From the NCBI GenBank assembly GCA_052426225.1, contig JBNJNM010000011.1, positions 4,898,001-4,962,000 on the forward strand: a stretch of DNA of 64,000 nucleotides. The letters run 5' to 3'. Origin of the DNA: Zancudomyces culisetae HAW-14-8 (taxonomy: Eukaryota > Fungi > Kickxellomycota). The notes beneath the pieces were generated by a model. It saw only the letters and a program-made list of their open reading frames with translations. It did no database searches and was not told the origin of the DNA. Shown piece by piece: positions 1-11,022 of the stretch (position 1 is its first letter; each line of letters starts with the position of its first letter). The translations under genes and the position numbers were made by a program.

Positions 1-1392
1 TTGCATATCCCGGAGAAAGTGGTTGCCTTTTTTTATTCAATTCATTATTACTAGCTCCTGGCATTACCTTCAATTACTTTGCAGTTAAGATGGATACTAC
101 CACTGCACACAAACATCCAGACTTTAATAGCCATGCCCCCAATTAAAATGGATTGAGCCTCAGTTAATTTTGGCTTTTGTGAATAAAGTACTAAGAACCT
201 ATCTTTACTTTAATTTCACCACATGCAATTCGTTTACCAAAATTCCCCAGGTTAATTTTGATGTTTTACTTTAATTTTTGCATATTAAATACTAGACGAT
301 GCTTAAAAGCCTAGGCCAAAATTGACAAAACTACATGTTGCATTTAGCGGGACGTATAGAATAAAAGGATATTCAAAGAAGTTGCACCATAGAAGTGACT
401 TTTCCGTTTATTCTTATGAAAAAAGAAATGGAAAAATGATTGATACAGGGGACAGGTAATATTTAATTATACCCCAGCCAAAGATAATTTGATATCTAGA
501 TTAGTAGAAGTCAACTGGTTTAGTATTCATGGCCCGATATACTGTGCGTACACTGTATACTTTTTTCGCAGCGATGCGGTGTGTCAATGGTTCGTATGCG
601 AGGAAGTTTTTCTATAATTGATAACACAATGAATATGACTATTGATGTCTAGTAACTCAAGAAAAAGGTTTCTCATGACTCTGAGATGCAGTTTTCTCCC
701 TCTTACGCTTTCACTGAAGTGGGAGCTAGAAAAGCTAATTGTTGTTTTTATGTACTTTTTGGTATTGGTTAAGTCCAATTTAAAGTTTTTTAATAAACTG
801 CGACAGTTTACCAAAAAAAAAAAAAAAGAAAGGCCGAAAATAACCTACCTTGGGTTAGTTTAAGAGGAATACTTTTTTTATCAGAGGAATTTGAGAGTGT
901 AGAGGGAGATTTAAGGTGAGAGTGGGGATGGGGTGGAGAAACGACAGTATTTTCAAGAATTAATAACAATAACAAAAAACTACACAGAATATCAAGTGAA
1001 TGGCAGCAAAGCGACAAAAAAAGGTTATAATTTGCAAAGCAGATAATGCTGTATATCTTTTTAGTCCATTTGCTAGAGCCTATTATTTTTATCATTCGTT
1101 TAGCAGTTCTGGAATTTTCTAGGTTGTATCCAATTGATCATTGGTCATTTACGTTTCTCGTTGGTGATATTGTTACAAAATTATGGTGTTATGTTTTCAT
1201 TATCAAATTGAACAGCAAATAGAAAAAAAATTTTGATTGTTGATAATACTAAAAAATAAAACTAGAAATTAAGCATTTGATAACAATTTAGAAAAAAAAA
1301 GTTTTCTGAAAAATTATACTATTCGAAAAAAATTATTACCTCTTAATTTAAGCAAACTTGTTGCCGCTGAGTTGTAATAATCAAATAAAACA

Positions 1393-2086
1393 ATGTTCAG
1401 ATTACCAGTAGCTAGAGTATCAAACTTGGCTCTCAAGGGAGCCGCAGCCCGCGGAATGGCTTCTAGTGCAGGAGCACCAGTAATTACACAGATCGAGACC
1501 AGATGGGGATCAATGCCAGAACCCGAAAAAGTCGAATTGTCAAAGAAGCTTTCTGAGGTTATGAAGGCCGATTGGACCAAAGTTTCAGCCGAAGATAAGA
1601 AAGCAGGTAAGCGCTCTTTCTTTCTGTTTTTATTGACTTTTTATATATCACATTTTCGTGGAATTAACATTAATGTCAAGATTACATTTTTGATATTGTT
1701 TAGCATACTACATCGATTTTGGTCCTCATGGATACCGCAAGCCAATCTCAAAAAAGGGAGATGGAATGAAGGTGCTCACATATGTTGCAGCTACAGTTGC
1801 TCTTAGTTTGACAGTTTCTTACACCATCCGAAAGATTGGTAAGTTTTACCTCTATCCCAATTTTTTTAACTTTTTCTTTCTCTGTGTTGAGAAAAAAGCA
1901 AAGATGCTAGATACAAAATACTAAATCCTGTTTTTTTCTAAACACCTAGCCGATCCAAAGGAACGCACAATGAACAAAGAATGGCAAGAAAAGTCAAACG
2001 AATACGCCTTGTCGCAAAAATCCAACCCTATCCTGGGTATCTCATCAGAGGGATACAGTGGCAAAGGTCACGTTCAATCTTCTTAA
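1393..2086 (+). CDS. COX5: Cytochrome c oxidase subunit IV family (yeast Cox5 / mammalian COX4), 3 exons
   Basis: Exons 1393-1606, 1704-1838 and 1950-2086 splice in frame via GT-AG. The product has a mitochondrial presequence and the motifs WTKVSAEDKKAAYYIDFGPHG, a TM helix and TMNKEWQEKSNEY...NPILGISSEGYSGKG. Confidence 0.92.
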
Positions 2087-3152
2087 GTCATTGATATTTT
2101 TAAGCAGTCTTTTGGGCTCAAAACCCTTTTTTTATGAGTGTGGCTATTTCACTACAGAAGAAAAGCATAAGCCTACACATGCTTTCCATTCCGCCTTTCT
2201 TCCGATTAAAGTGCGCTTATAACTAATAAAGAAATTTTTCGTAACTTTTTATTTTATTTGTGCCTGCTCTACCTATGTGGCACGAAACTTTCAGAGCACT
2301 TTACAGCTGGTTTAGATAAATATTGGTGACGTCTAGTATCGTTGTGTGGCACGAGTGAATAACACGAATTGGAGAAGCAGATAGAGATAATAGGGATCTT
2401 GCGATGCCTTTGAGCATAGATGCATAAAATCCCAATAAACAGCCGCATGGTTGTATTCTACCATTATGATTAGCGGTTTAATAACCAAAATAGTCCCAGT
2501 TTCGTCCAATTAGTGCATATCTGCAGATTGATCGTTTGGTAACTTGCTTAGTCAAGTATAGTTCTCCATGAGTGTCGATTTTTCAGGATGAAAAATTGAT
2601 TTATAAGTTTTCAAGCCAGTCGAGTATTATAGAAAGTGTTGGCATTTGGCTCTAAAGCACTTCAAGTTCTCCAAATATGTACTAATCGCATGAATCTTAT
2701 TTTCGAGATTACAGTTCTTACAAACTCTACATAGGAAAGGTAGAGAAAATCTGTGCGTAAAAACATACATGTATTATGTGGATGTAGTATGTCTGCAGAG
2801 TATATACACAAGCACTTTTAAATAAATATTTTTTTCGAGTAAAGTAGGCACAAATCGATTCTGCTCCAACACACGAAAATCGCAGGGCTTGAAAACGTAA
2901 ATACATTTAGACCTGTTATGTTGTGAATTAATTTACAGAAAAAAAGTTTTACCAAAAAAAAAAACGTATACATTTTCAAAAGGTGCTAAATAAATCTAGA
3001 AAAAAAGGATATTAATTAAAGTACAAAGGTGGACACTTTATTACAAGGAACAAACCGAGTTTTACCAGGCATCTAAACAATAACACCACAATCTTTGTTT
3101 CTTTTTTTTATACTAAAAATACGATCATCCTTTTGCTTGGCAGAAATAAAAG

Positions 3153-3701
3153 ATGCACGACGAGGAAATAAAGTTAACGGAGGAAGAGGAATTTTCGACT
3201 GGACCCCTATCGCTTCTTCAACAGGCTGTAAAATCGAATTCGCAAGTGTTAATAAGTTGTAGAAATAATCACAAATTGCTGGCAAGGGTAAAAGCTTTTG
3301 ACAGACACTGCAACATGGTTTTAGAAAATGTTAAAGAGGTAAGTCGACATTAAAATGAATTATTCTGATACACGACTCAATCAATTTTACCAAAACATTA
3401 CATATATTGTGTCTTTTACTGGGTTTAATGTATCAAACACAATTGCTACGAGTAGATGTGGACAGAAAACCCAAGAGTGGGCAAGGGGATGAAAAAAGCA
3501 AAACCTGTAAATAAAGATCGATTTATTTCAAAAATGTTTGTGAGAGGCGACACAGTAGTGTTAGGTAAGTACTATCCACACCCCGATGTCACTACCTTTT
3601 CTTTTTTATTTTATCTTTAATTTTTAGCTATATGTGCTGCTGTTCATTTTGTTAACTTGAAACCATATTGCTATAATTCGATAGTTCTGCGATGCCCATA
3701 A
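3153..3701 (+). CDS. SMD2: Small nuclear ribonucleoprotein Sm D2, 3 coding exons
   Basis: Exons 3153-3338, 3456-3564 and 3685-3701. Signature GPLSLL...[35 protein letters not shown]...[13 protein letters not shown]. Confidence 0.95.
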
Positions 3702-4290
3702 AAGCCATTTGAATGATGTGTTTAATTTATTTCTTTTTTGTCTCCTCACATACTTAATCACTTTATCTCTTTGGCTCTTTTAATTACGTAGTATTATAGT
3801 GTATAAGATGCAAGTTACTTGTCTAGTTATATGTTTGTTAGTAATGTTAGGGAACTCAAAGTTCTTATAAAACAATACAAGTAGTCTTATGTCTTTCACA
3901 AAAGATGATCTCGCCAACAGTTTTTATTAATACAGCTAACCTCTTTAGCAAGTCTTGCGGAGTATTTCATTTTATTATAATTAATGAATGGTGTACGCGA
4001 TGCCGAGAACCTAGTGGTTTCCGTGCATGTGAAACCATGCTTTGGGTTGTTTTAAACTACGATATTTCTTTGCACTATCCTCACTCATACTCTGTTTCTT
4101 TTAAATAGCGCCCTTCCAGAAAAACTCTGTTTACCTGATTTATTTATGCAGTCTTTGCTGGAAAAAAAAATTGAAAAGAAAACAATTTTTTTGAAAAACA
4201 CAGCAATTCCCAAACTGAAGATAAAAAAAAAGTAAAAATAAAACGCTTTTATCAGAAAGACTAATCGACACGAAATAAAAACCGAGAAAA

Positions 4291-5134
4291 ATGAACAGAG
4301 TAGTTGCATTGACAAGAAACATTAGAAAACCTATCCTTCAAAGATGGTTTAGTTCAAGCACTGAAAAGTTGAACGAAATTACTGAGAAGAAAGCCACTGA
4401 AGTAGGTTGGAGTAATCAATCGACGAACCACCCTGGTGTTTGGAGCGCAAATCAGCGATCTAGAGAACTTGCATTTTACGGCCCAAGATTTGAGCAAAAG
4501 GATTTAAGTGCCCAGGTAACTCAATCGTTTTATGCCATAAGTTTACGCTACACGATTTTATAAAGTGTTTTGTGTTAAATTTTTGGCTGTTTATGATATA
4601 CCTTTGTAAACATATACTTGATTTTCACATTCTCACGAGGCTTATATCAATCTCGACACTTTTTTTATTATTTATAAATTAAAATAAATAGCCACGCTCT
4701 ATGGCAGCTGTTGAATTGGTCTCAAGAGAACCAGTAAGAATTGTAAATGGCCGGAAGGCAGTCTGCGATGGAGGTATATAATTTGATTTATATCAGTAAC
4801 TTTTTATTCCATATTTATTCTCTTATGTTAAATCTAACTTTATAAAAAATAAAATTAAACATAGGAAACGGACCATTGGGACACCCAAGAGTGTATATCA
4901 ACTTGGTAAATCTAATTTTTAATTTTTAAATGGTTACTGCTGGCTTTGCATAATTTCTCTTTGACTCATCTCTCTATGTATAAATAGGATGATACAACTA
5001 AGCCACACGCTTGTTTGTACTGTAAGTATCACAATCTTTATTTGGATATAATTACCGACTTTTAATAAAATAACTGTATAATCATTTTTGAATGTATAGG
5101 CGGTCTCCGCTTCCAGCAAAAGGATCACCACTAG
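4291..5134 (+). CDS. NDUFS6: NADH:ubiquinone oxidoreductase 13 kDa zinc-binding subunit (NDUFS6/NUMM), 5 exons
   Basis: Exons 4291-4515, 4692-4773, 4865-4905, 4988-5021 and 5100-5134. zf-CHCC motif CDGGNGPLGHPRVYINLD...CLYCGLRF, plus WSANQRSR...GPRFEQ and an N-terminal presequence. Confidence 0.93.
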
Positions 5135-6242
5135 ATGCTTTACCATGTTCTGCGACTATAACACATTAGTAGAAGCTATTCATTTTCATTTTTCTTTTGT
5201 TTTTAACTTTTTGGTGAATCAAAATAAATGCTTTAGTTAAACAAAATGACCCAAGCTGAAGTACCAAACTGACAATGTGTATGTATATGCCTATTATAAG
5301 TGTATGTCTGACTTTTTTTTATTCTCAGTGGTAAAGATATTTTCCATGCAATTTATGGTTCATTAGCCCCTTATTGTGTAGATTAGTAACACGAGCCTTT
5401 GAGACATATCAGTTTACGCCTAAAACTCAATTTAAAAGTTGCCCAATTCTTTTTAGCATGCGTAGCGGAAGAAGCTATACCTCAATCTAATGCCACAATT
5501 AACACGATTTCTATAAACTTGCGATATAGAAGCGCCATCCCTATGTAAAATAAGAGCATTTTTGAGCCCTCTAAACGGTGTACACAGCACCATTTTTGAC
5601 ATGGACTTGTGTAGGTCCCAATCTACTGATTTATACTCATGCGTGATATTATTATCAGAGTTCTAAAATCCATCCAAAATCCTGGAAGTTGAATAAGAAT
5701 AAGTGCTGCTGCTGCTGCAAGCTTGGTTATTTAGAGAGCTTTTATTTGACCAGCTCAAAGATCACATATTATGCAGACCATATATAATATTGATATGAGG
5801 ATAGTGTAATTTAAATACTGAATTGTATGTTGTTAGGGTTAACTATGTGTTGGCTATTGTACTGTTATTAGTTTCAAGAATAAGGCCGGCTAAATAAACA
5901 TTATATTTCTGAGTGATGGCTCTTGAATAGTTTGAGGCAACAGTCCAAGAAAAAAAAAATACTCCTTTTTGACATAGCTTAATCGGGCTGGTCCTTTGAT
6001 TTGGCGTTAATTTTTTTTATTTTGCTTCATAAACCTAAAACTATTACACTAACAAAAATAAACGAAGGCAGCCTGATTTTTTATTGGCTTCACGAGTCAA
6101 TGAAAATTTTATTAAAAAATTTATGCGATAAAACAAAAAGTATAACAAAAAAAATAGATTTAATTCCTAGCTTTTAGATATTTGCTTTTTTTTACAAGTC
6201 TCTTGCAGATAACAAAGCAGTTTACAAGTAATATAGATAAAA

Positions 6243-7025
6243 ATGTCCAAGAGAGGTAAGAGATATTTATTGTATACTATAAGCGATGCTTTTTACAGCG
6301 AGTAAATAGAGCGAGAATTAATTTCAATAAGGGGGCCAGAATTTGATCAACTATTTGAATCCGTGAAATTACTTGCTTTGTAATTATATTAGCCCAGTGT
6401 TACTATAGTTAAAAGAGCATGGTTGCTGGCAGAATTTTGAATCCATACTATTTAAAAATAAATTGAAGCGAACTAGCTACTGCTATACCTTGTTCTTAAT
6501 TTTCGTTTGGCTCGATTTACGATAAAGATGAAGATTGATTATGCACTACTCAAGTTCATACGCATTTTTGCAAAGATAGAATGACAACTAAAAACATAAA
6601 TCGATATTTGTTTAGGTCGCGGAGGAGCTTCAGGAAACAAATTCCACATGTCATTGGGTTTGCCAGTTGGCGCCATCATCAATTGTGCAGACAACAGCGG
6701 TGCTAAGAACCTATATATTATAGCCGTAGCTGGAATCAAGGGACATTTGAACAGATTACCTTCTGCTGGTGTTGGAGATATGGTTATGGCAACAGTCAAG
6801 AAGGGAAAGCCAGATCTTCGCAAGAAGGTTATGCCAGCTGTGGTTGTAAGACAAAGAAAAGCATGGAGGAGAAGAGACGGTGTCTTCCTATACTTCGAGG
6901 ATAACGCAGGAGTTATTGTCAACGCCAAGGGTGAGATGAAAGGAAACGCCATTACTGGTCCAGTTGGTAAGGAATGTGCCGATTTGTGGCCACGTATTGC
7001 TAGCAACTCTGGAACTGTAGCCTAA
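6243..7025 (+). CDS. RPL23: 60S ribosomal protein L23 (uL14), 2 exons
   Basis: Exon 1 6243-6255 (MSKR-G), intron 6256-6615, exon 2 6616-7025. Canonical sequence [21 protein letters not shown]...[11 protein letters not shown]...[11 protein letters not shown]. Confidence 0.98.
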
Positions 7026-7249
7026 ACTACGATCGCACGTCACTTTCCTTATTATGTTGGTTGTTTTACAATTGGCTTTTGGGGGAGTTTTTCATGAAAA
7101 GTATATATAATAAACTACAACTTCCTTAAAGTTTTTAAAGCTTGTTTTTATTTATTGTAACACAATAAACTTTGTTTTTGATATATGAGCAGCTGTGTTA
7201 AGTTGAGTATTAGGAGTGTACTTTTTTTGGCTGGAGTATTTGCCTTGTT

Positions 7250-8124
7250 GAAGAGGTCTGTCGGATAAGGACAAAGATAAAACAGCGAGATGCATACTAT
7301 TAGAACGATACTCTCGTAATGACAAGTCTAAAATCTCAAGATGGCTGTTAGACAGGAATCTCGAGGGAATGAGTAAGAGCATTCCACAAATGGAGTGGCA
7401 TGAAAACATGGATAGCAGATTTAATACAAAACCCCTTCAAACACTCGAAGGACACTTGGGTCACAGGGTACACAAGGTGGTCTAACAGATTCAACAGGAT
7501 CAAGATTGATAATGTACCAACCGGAGAGGTAAGAAAAACTAAGGAGACACTCGAGATAAACAACAGGCTGATTGGACCGCCACGAGATTAGCATTGGACC
7601 GCCACGAGATTAGCAAATTCGGGTTTTATAGATCCAGATTACAAAGCCAAATGTCCGTTCTGTAAGAAAGAAGAAAAAGAAACAGTTGAGCATTACTTAT
7701 TAGATTGCAGTAGATGGGACGAAATTAGGAAGGATTTACTTACTGAATTTATAGATTTTTATAGTTCTTTTTTATCTAGCACGATTTCCGAGTGTGTTGA
7801 GCTTCGCAGGAAAGTCTTGGGTAAACTCCTGGGGGAGGAGTTAAAGCTCAAACTACCTGGGATTCTTCGGGATCCAAACGCCACTTGCGTTAGAGCAGTG
7901 GTTTCCACAGCCCGGTTTCTTAACGAGACCTTTTTACCTCGCTACCTATTGTTGAAAGACATTAGTGTAGTCCCACTCCCCTTGAACCAATGCCCATCGG
8001 GTACGGAGACTCTAGAGAGTCGAAGGGGAATAGGATGAGTTTAGAATATAGATTGTTTTTATTTTTTAGAAACTGTTTATTTTCTAAATAAATTTTTTTT
8101 CTACCGAAAAAAAAAAAAAAAAAA
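7250..8124 (+). mobile_element. 5'-truncated, rearranged non-LTR retrotransposon (LINE) ORF2 3' remnant, copy A, with poly(A) tail
   Basis: The frame from about 7595 reads WTATRLANSGFIDPDYKAKCPFCKKEEKETVEHYLLDCSRW...ESRRGIG*, a C-terminal CCHC zinc knuckle typical of LINE ORF2. It is followed by a T-rich 3' UTR, AATAAA at 8087-8092 and A18 at 8107-8124. Upstream fragments (KTWIADLI...TWVTGYTRW; RNDKSKISRW) are broken pieces; the 5' boundary is approximate. Confidence 0.8.
7571..7614 (+). repeat. Perfect 22-bp tandem duplication (ATTGGACCGCCACGAGATTAGC)x2 within the LINE remnant
   Basis: Directly visible at 7571-7592 and 7593-7614. Confidence 0.97.
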
Positions 8125-8551
8125 CCACTGAACACATGCTACTGGACTGTAAATACTGGGCTGGAGTTAGGTATAAAACTCTGGAACGTATCCCAGATAT
8201 GTCAACTGTAGAAAGTGAGGAGAGAGGTAGTAGTGAAGAATGGCGAAATTTTTTTGTAGGGCGACTCCTTGGAGGGGAGTCAAAAAGAATGGTGACTCTC
8301 TCCGTTAAGAAGAGAGAAACCGAAACACCGTCTTTGGTTGAGCTGGTAACGGCACAATTTTTGGACGGAATATGTCGAACGAGGATGCAAATCTTAGACC
8401 GACTTAAGTCAGAAACAACCTCCTTGAACCAACGCCCGGTGGGTATGGAGTCCCTAGAGGGACGGAGGGGAATTGGTTAGGTAGATATTTTGTAGGATTA
8501 TTTTTTGTAGTTTTATGTGATATTTACTTAATAAATTCACTAACAAAAAAA
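8125..8551 (+). mobile_element. Second, divergent 5'-truncated LINE 3' end, copy B, starting immediately after the poly(A) of copy A
   Basis: Reads TEHMLLDCKYW...GRLLGGE...TAQFL...SLNQRPVGMESLEGRRGIG*, paralogous to the end of copy A. AATAAA at 8530-8535 and A7 at 8545-8551. Confidence 0.8.
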
Positions 8552-8586
8552 CACTGTGATTGAAAAAATTTTGTGCTAAAAAAAAA

Positions 8587-10343
8587 CTAGTGGGTAACAG
8601 CAAATGAATAGTTTGACAACTTTTTTACCTTGCCGTCGCCTCTAAAGTGCTTCTCAGCGCCCATTATATATCCCTCTTGGGCGGTAGAAGCGAGTAAAAC
8701 ACCGCTTTCATCAAATAACCTACTTGCTAAGTGCCCACGCCCACCATGGGCAACTGTACTTTCCATTTGGTGTAAAATCCAGCCATTTCCGTTGGGCCAT
8801 TCTGTAGGAGGGCGATGAAACCAGATCGAATGATCCAGGGATGCGGCAAACTTCAAATAGTCGCCAAGTTGTATTCCGCCAACATCATGTGCCATAAGAC
8901 TGATAAATATATAAAAATAGTCAGAAATGTATGCTATGGCACATTGTTTATCAAATATACTGGCGTCTTTCATATCTCCGGTGGGTTTAAACCACCAGTT
9001 TAGACGTGGTGGCAATGGTTGTTTTCGATCAATAAAGTTCGAAAATGGCATCCCGTTTTTATCTTGTCCTACAAACCTTTTTTCTAGCTCAACTCTTCCA
9101 GGAGCCTCTTTAATACTAAGTTCGTTCTTGTCGTTAAACTGGTACATTTTTTTGATTCCTTTGAAAATATGTCCTGGCGAATAATGCTCAGGCGGGTATA
9201 CATCAGGAATTTCAATCTAACAAGGGTTGAAACGTATATATAGGCTAACTACCATTAATCCGTACATGACTTTTGTTGTGGATTGATAAACATGGATAGA
9301 TACATAAGCGTGTATGTGGATTTTATGTGTTTTTAATTCTATATATAATGTCAAAGAGTGTAACTTACTTGATGTTTGATATTTGAATGTTCTGGTGTGG
9401 TGAACAATATTGTTGCAGTAAATATCACCTTTCCATCCTGTCTTCCATCAACCCTTCGAGAGGTAAATTTTCTGCCTATTGAAAAGTAATAAAAAAATCG
9501 ACTTCAGAATGAATATAAGGTGGCTTTTTAAACATTTATCGGTCTAAAAAAAATGAAAATGGCAGTACTTGTGTGCATGGTTTCGACCGAGTAATAAACT
9601 GGAGATTTATCTAGTCCCGGATAGAAAAAGCTAGAATGCAAGGACTATGTTGACAAGTATGTTCTCTTTAATAATCTTTACATTAGTATATGACAGATAT
9701 CTTATTAAGCGTAAGAATGAACATTACATCAACGACATATTTGGGATCAACGGTGAGTGTAGCCGCTTTCAGTGCTTGTCCAACCAATTGCCCACCTTTG
9801 TGTTATATTTATAGGAGTATACGTGGTTTTAGAATTTTTGATGTTGCTCAAATCAGTAGTATGGCTTTCTAGGTTTACACTCGCAAGACTTGTAGATTTG
9901 TAACAAAATTTAGAAAAACTGAACATCTCAAAATATATTATTCCCCCCCCGTATTTACCATATACTCCTCTGCAATTTTCGAATATCAACAACTCTTTGC
10001 TACGGAATAAATTTTGTTCCACCTCTAAGAATATCATAGGAGTTAAATATCATTGTTAGTTTTAGGAGTTCAAATTTCAATCAGGTGTGTGTGTGTTTAG
10101 GGTTGTAAGAATTAGAAAATTTTCGAGGGTGAAAAGCATTCCATCTTGAATAAATTGATATTTTCAGAATGTGACACGTAACTTACCATCCACTCCATAA
10201 GCATCTGATACGAGATACCGTTTTTTTATCAGATTTTTCCCCCATGAAGTTGTAAGTTGCACTCTTTTACCCAAGCCAAAAATACCAGCTCTGGGTTTGG
10301 ATGGGAGTATTCTCTTCACTGGTAACCTGTTATTTCCAATCAT
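8587..10343 (-). CDS. Acyl-CoA thioesterase II (TesB/ACOT8/Tes1 family), paralog 1, 6 exons
   Basis: Spliced product contains NLFRSKEL...RGVYGGQLVGQAL, SLHSSF, AYISDY, ASLDHSIWFH, GGRG and STAQEG. Exon 1 (10343-10187) encodes a basic leader lacking acidic residues. Confidence 0.88.
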
Positions 10344-11022
10344 TTTTATCAGTTTGATACCATGGAAGCAGAAAAGATTTTATAAATAATAATAATAATA
10401 ATAATAATAAAACAAAGAGATGCTAAAGTAAGAGTATCTGCGTAACAGTGGAAGAGGTTTTAATAATATGCAGCTTTGAGTGTTGTACGAGTAAAATAAC
10501 AAATGAAACTCGGGTTGGGTTCAAAAAGCACAGATCCTTTTTTTTTAGTTCTCTATCACAAAATATTTTTATTTATCATACAATTTTTCATAATTATGGT
10601 TGGATGTTGATCATCACTATCCTACTCCTTTATTCGAGTATTTTACAAACCATAGAGGGGTTGGGTGGAAGGAAGGAGTGGTGGGGGGATGATGAGTTTT
10701 CGGAATTTGGAATTGACGGGAAAATCACTAATTGTATGAAATGTTTTTAGGAAGGGCGGGATTAAAAAGTTGATAGGGAAGGGTGGAATAATTAACGACG
10801 CTTTACATTAATTTGTTAGATATATTATTTTCATGAGCATGATAATGTGCTACCTTTGGTATAGGTATCAAAGATTGATCGATAATTGAAAAAAAAATGC
10901 AAGGAAAGAAAAAAAAAGCATAAACCTCCCCCCCAAAAGTGTTCAGATTTACACCTTTGATTCTTTCATTTTTTTTTTGCTTCTTTAGATAAATCCATAC
11001 AAGAAAACAATATAAAGTTGAA

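Noticed and set aside
6256-6615. Relatively long RPL23 intron as a possible snoRNA host
   Set aside because: I could not identify convincing C/D boxes or an H/ACA two-hairpin layout by eye. An Infernal or snoscan search would be needed.
8004-8025. Hammerhead ribozyme call for the LINE 3' hairpin
   Set aside because: The catalytic core CUGANGA and GAAA are absent in both copies. It is kept only as an unclassified structured element.
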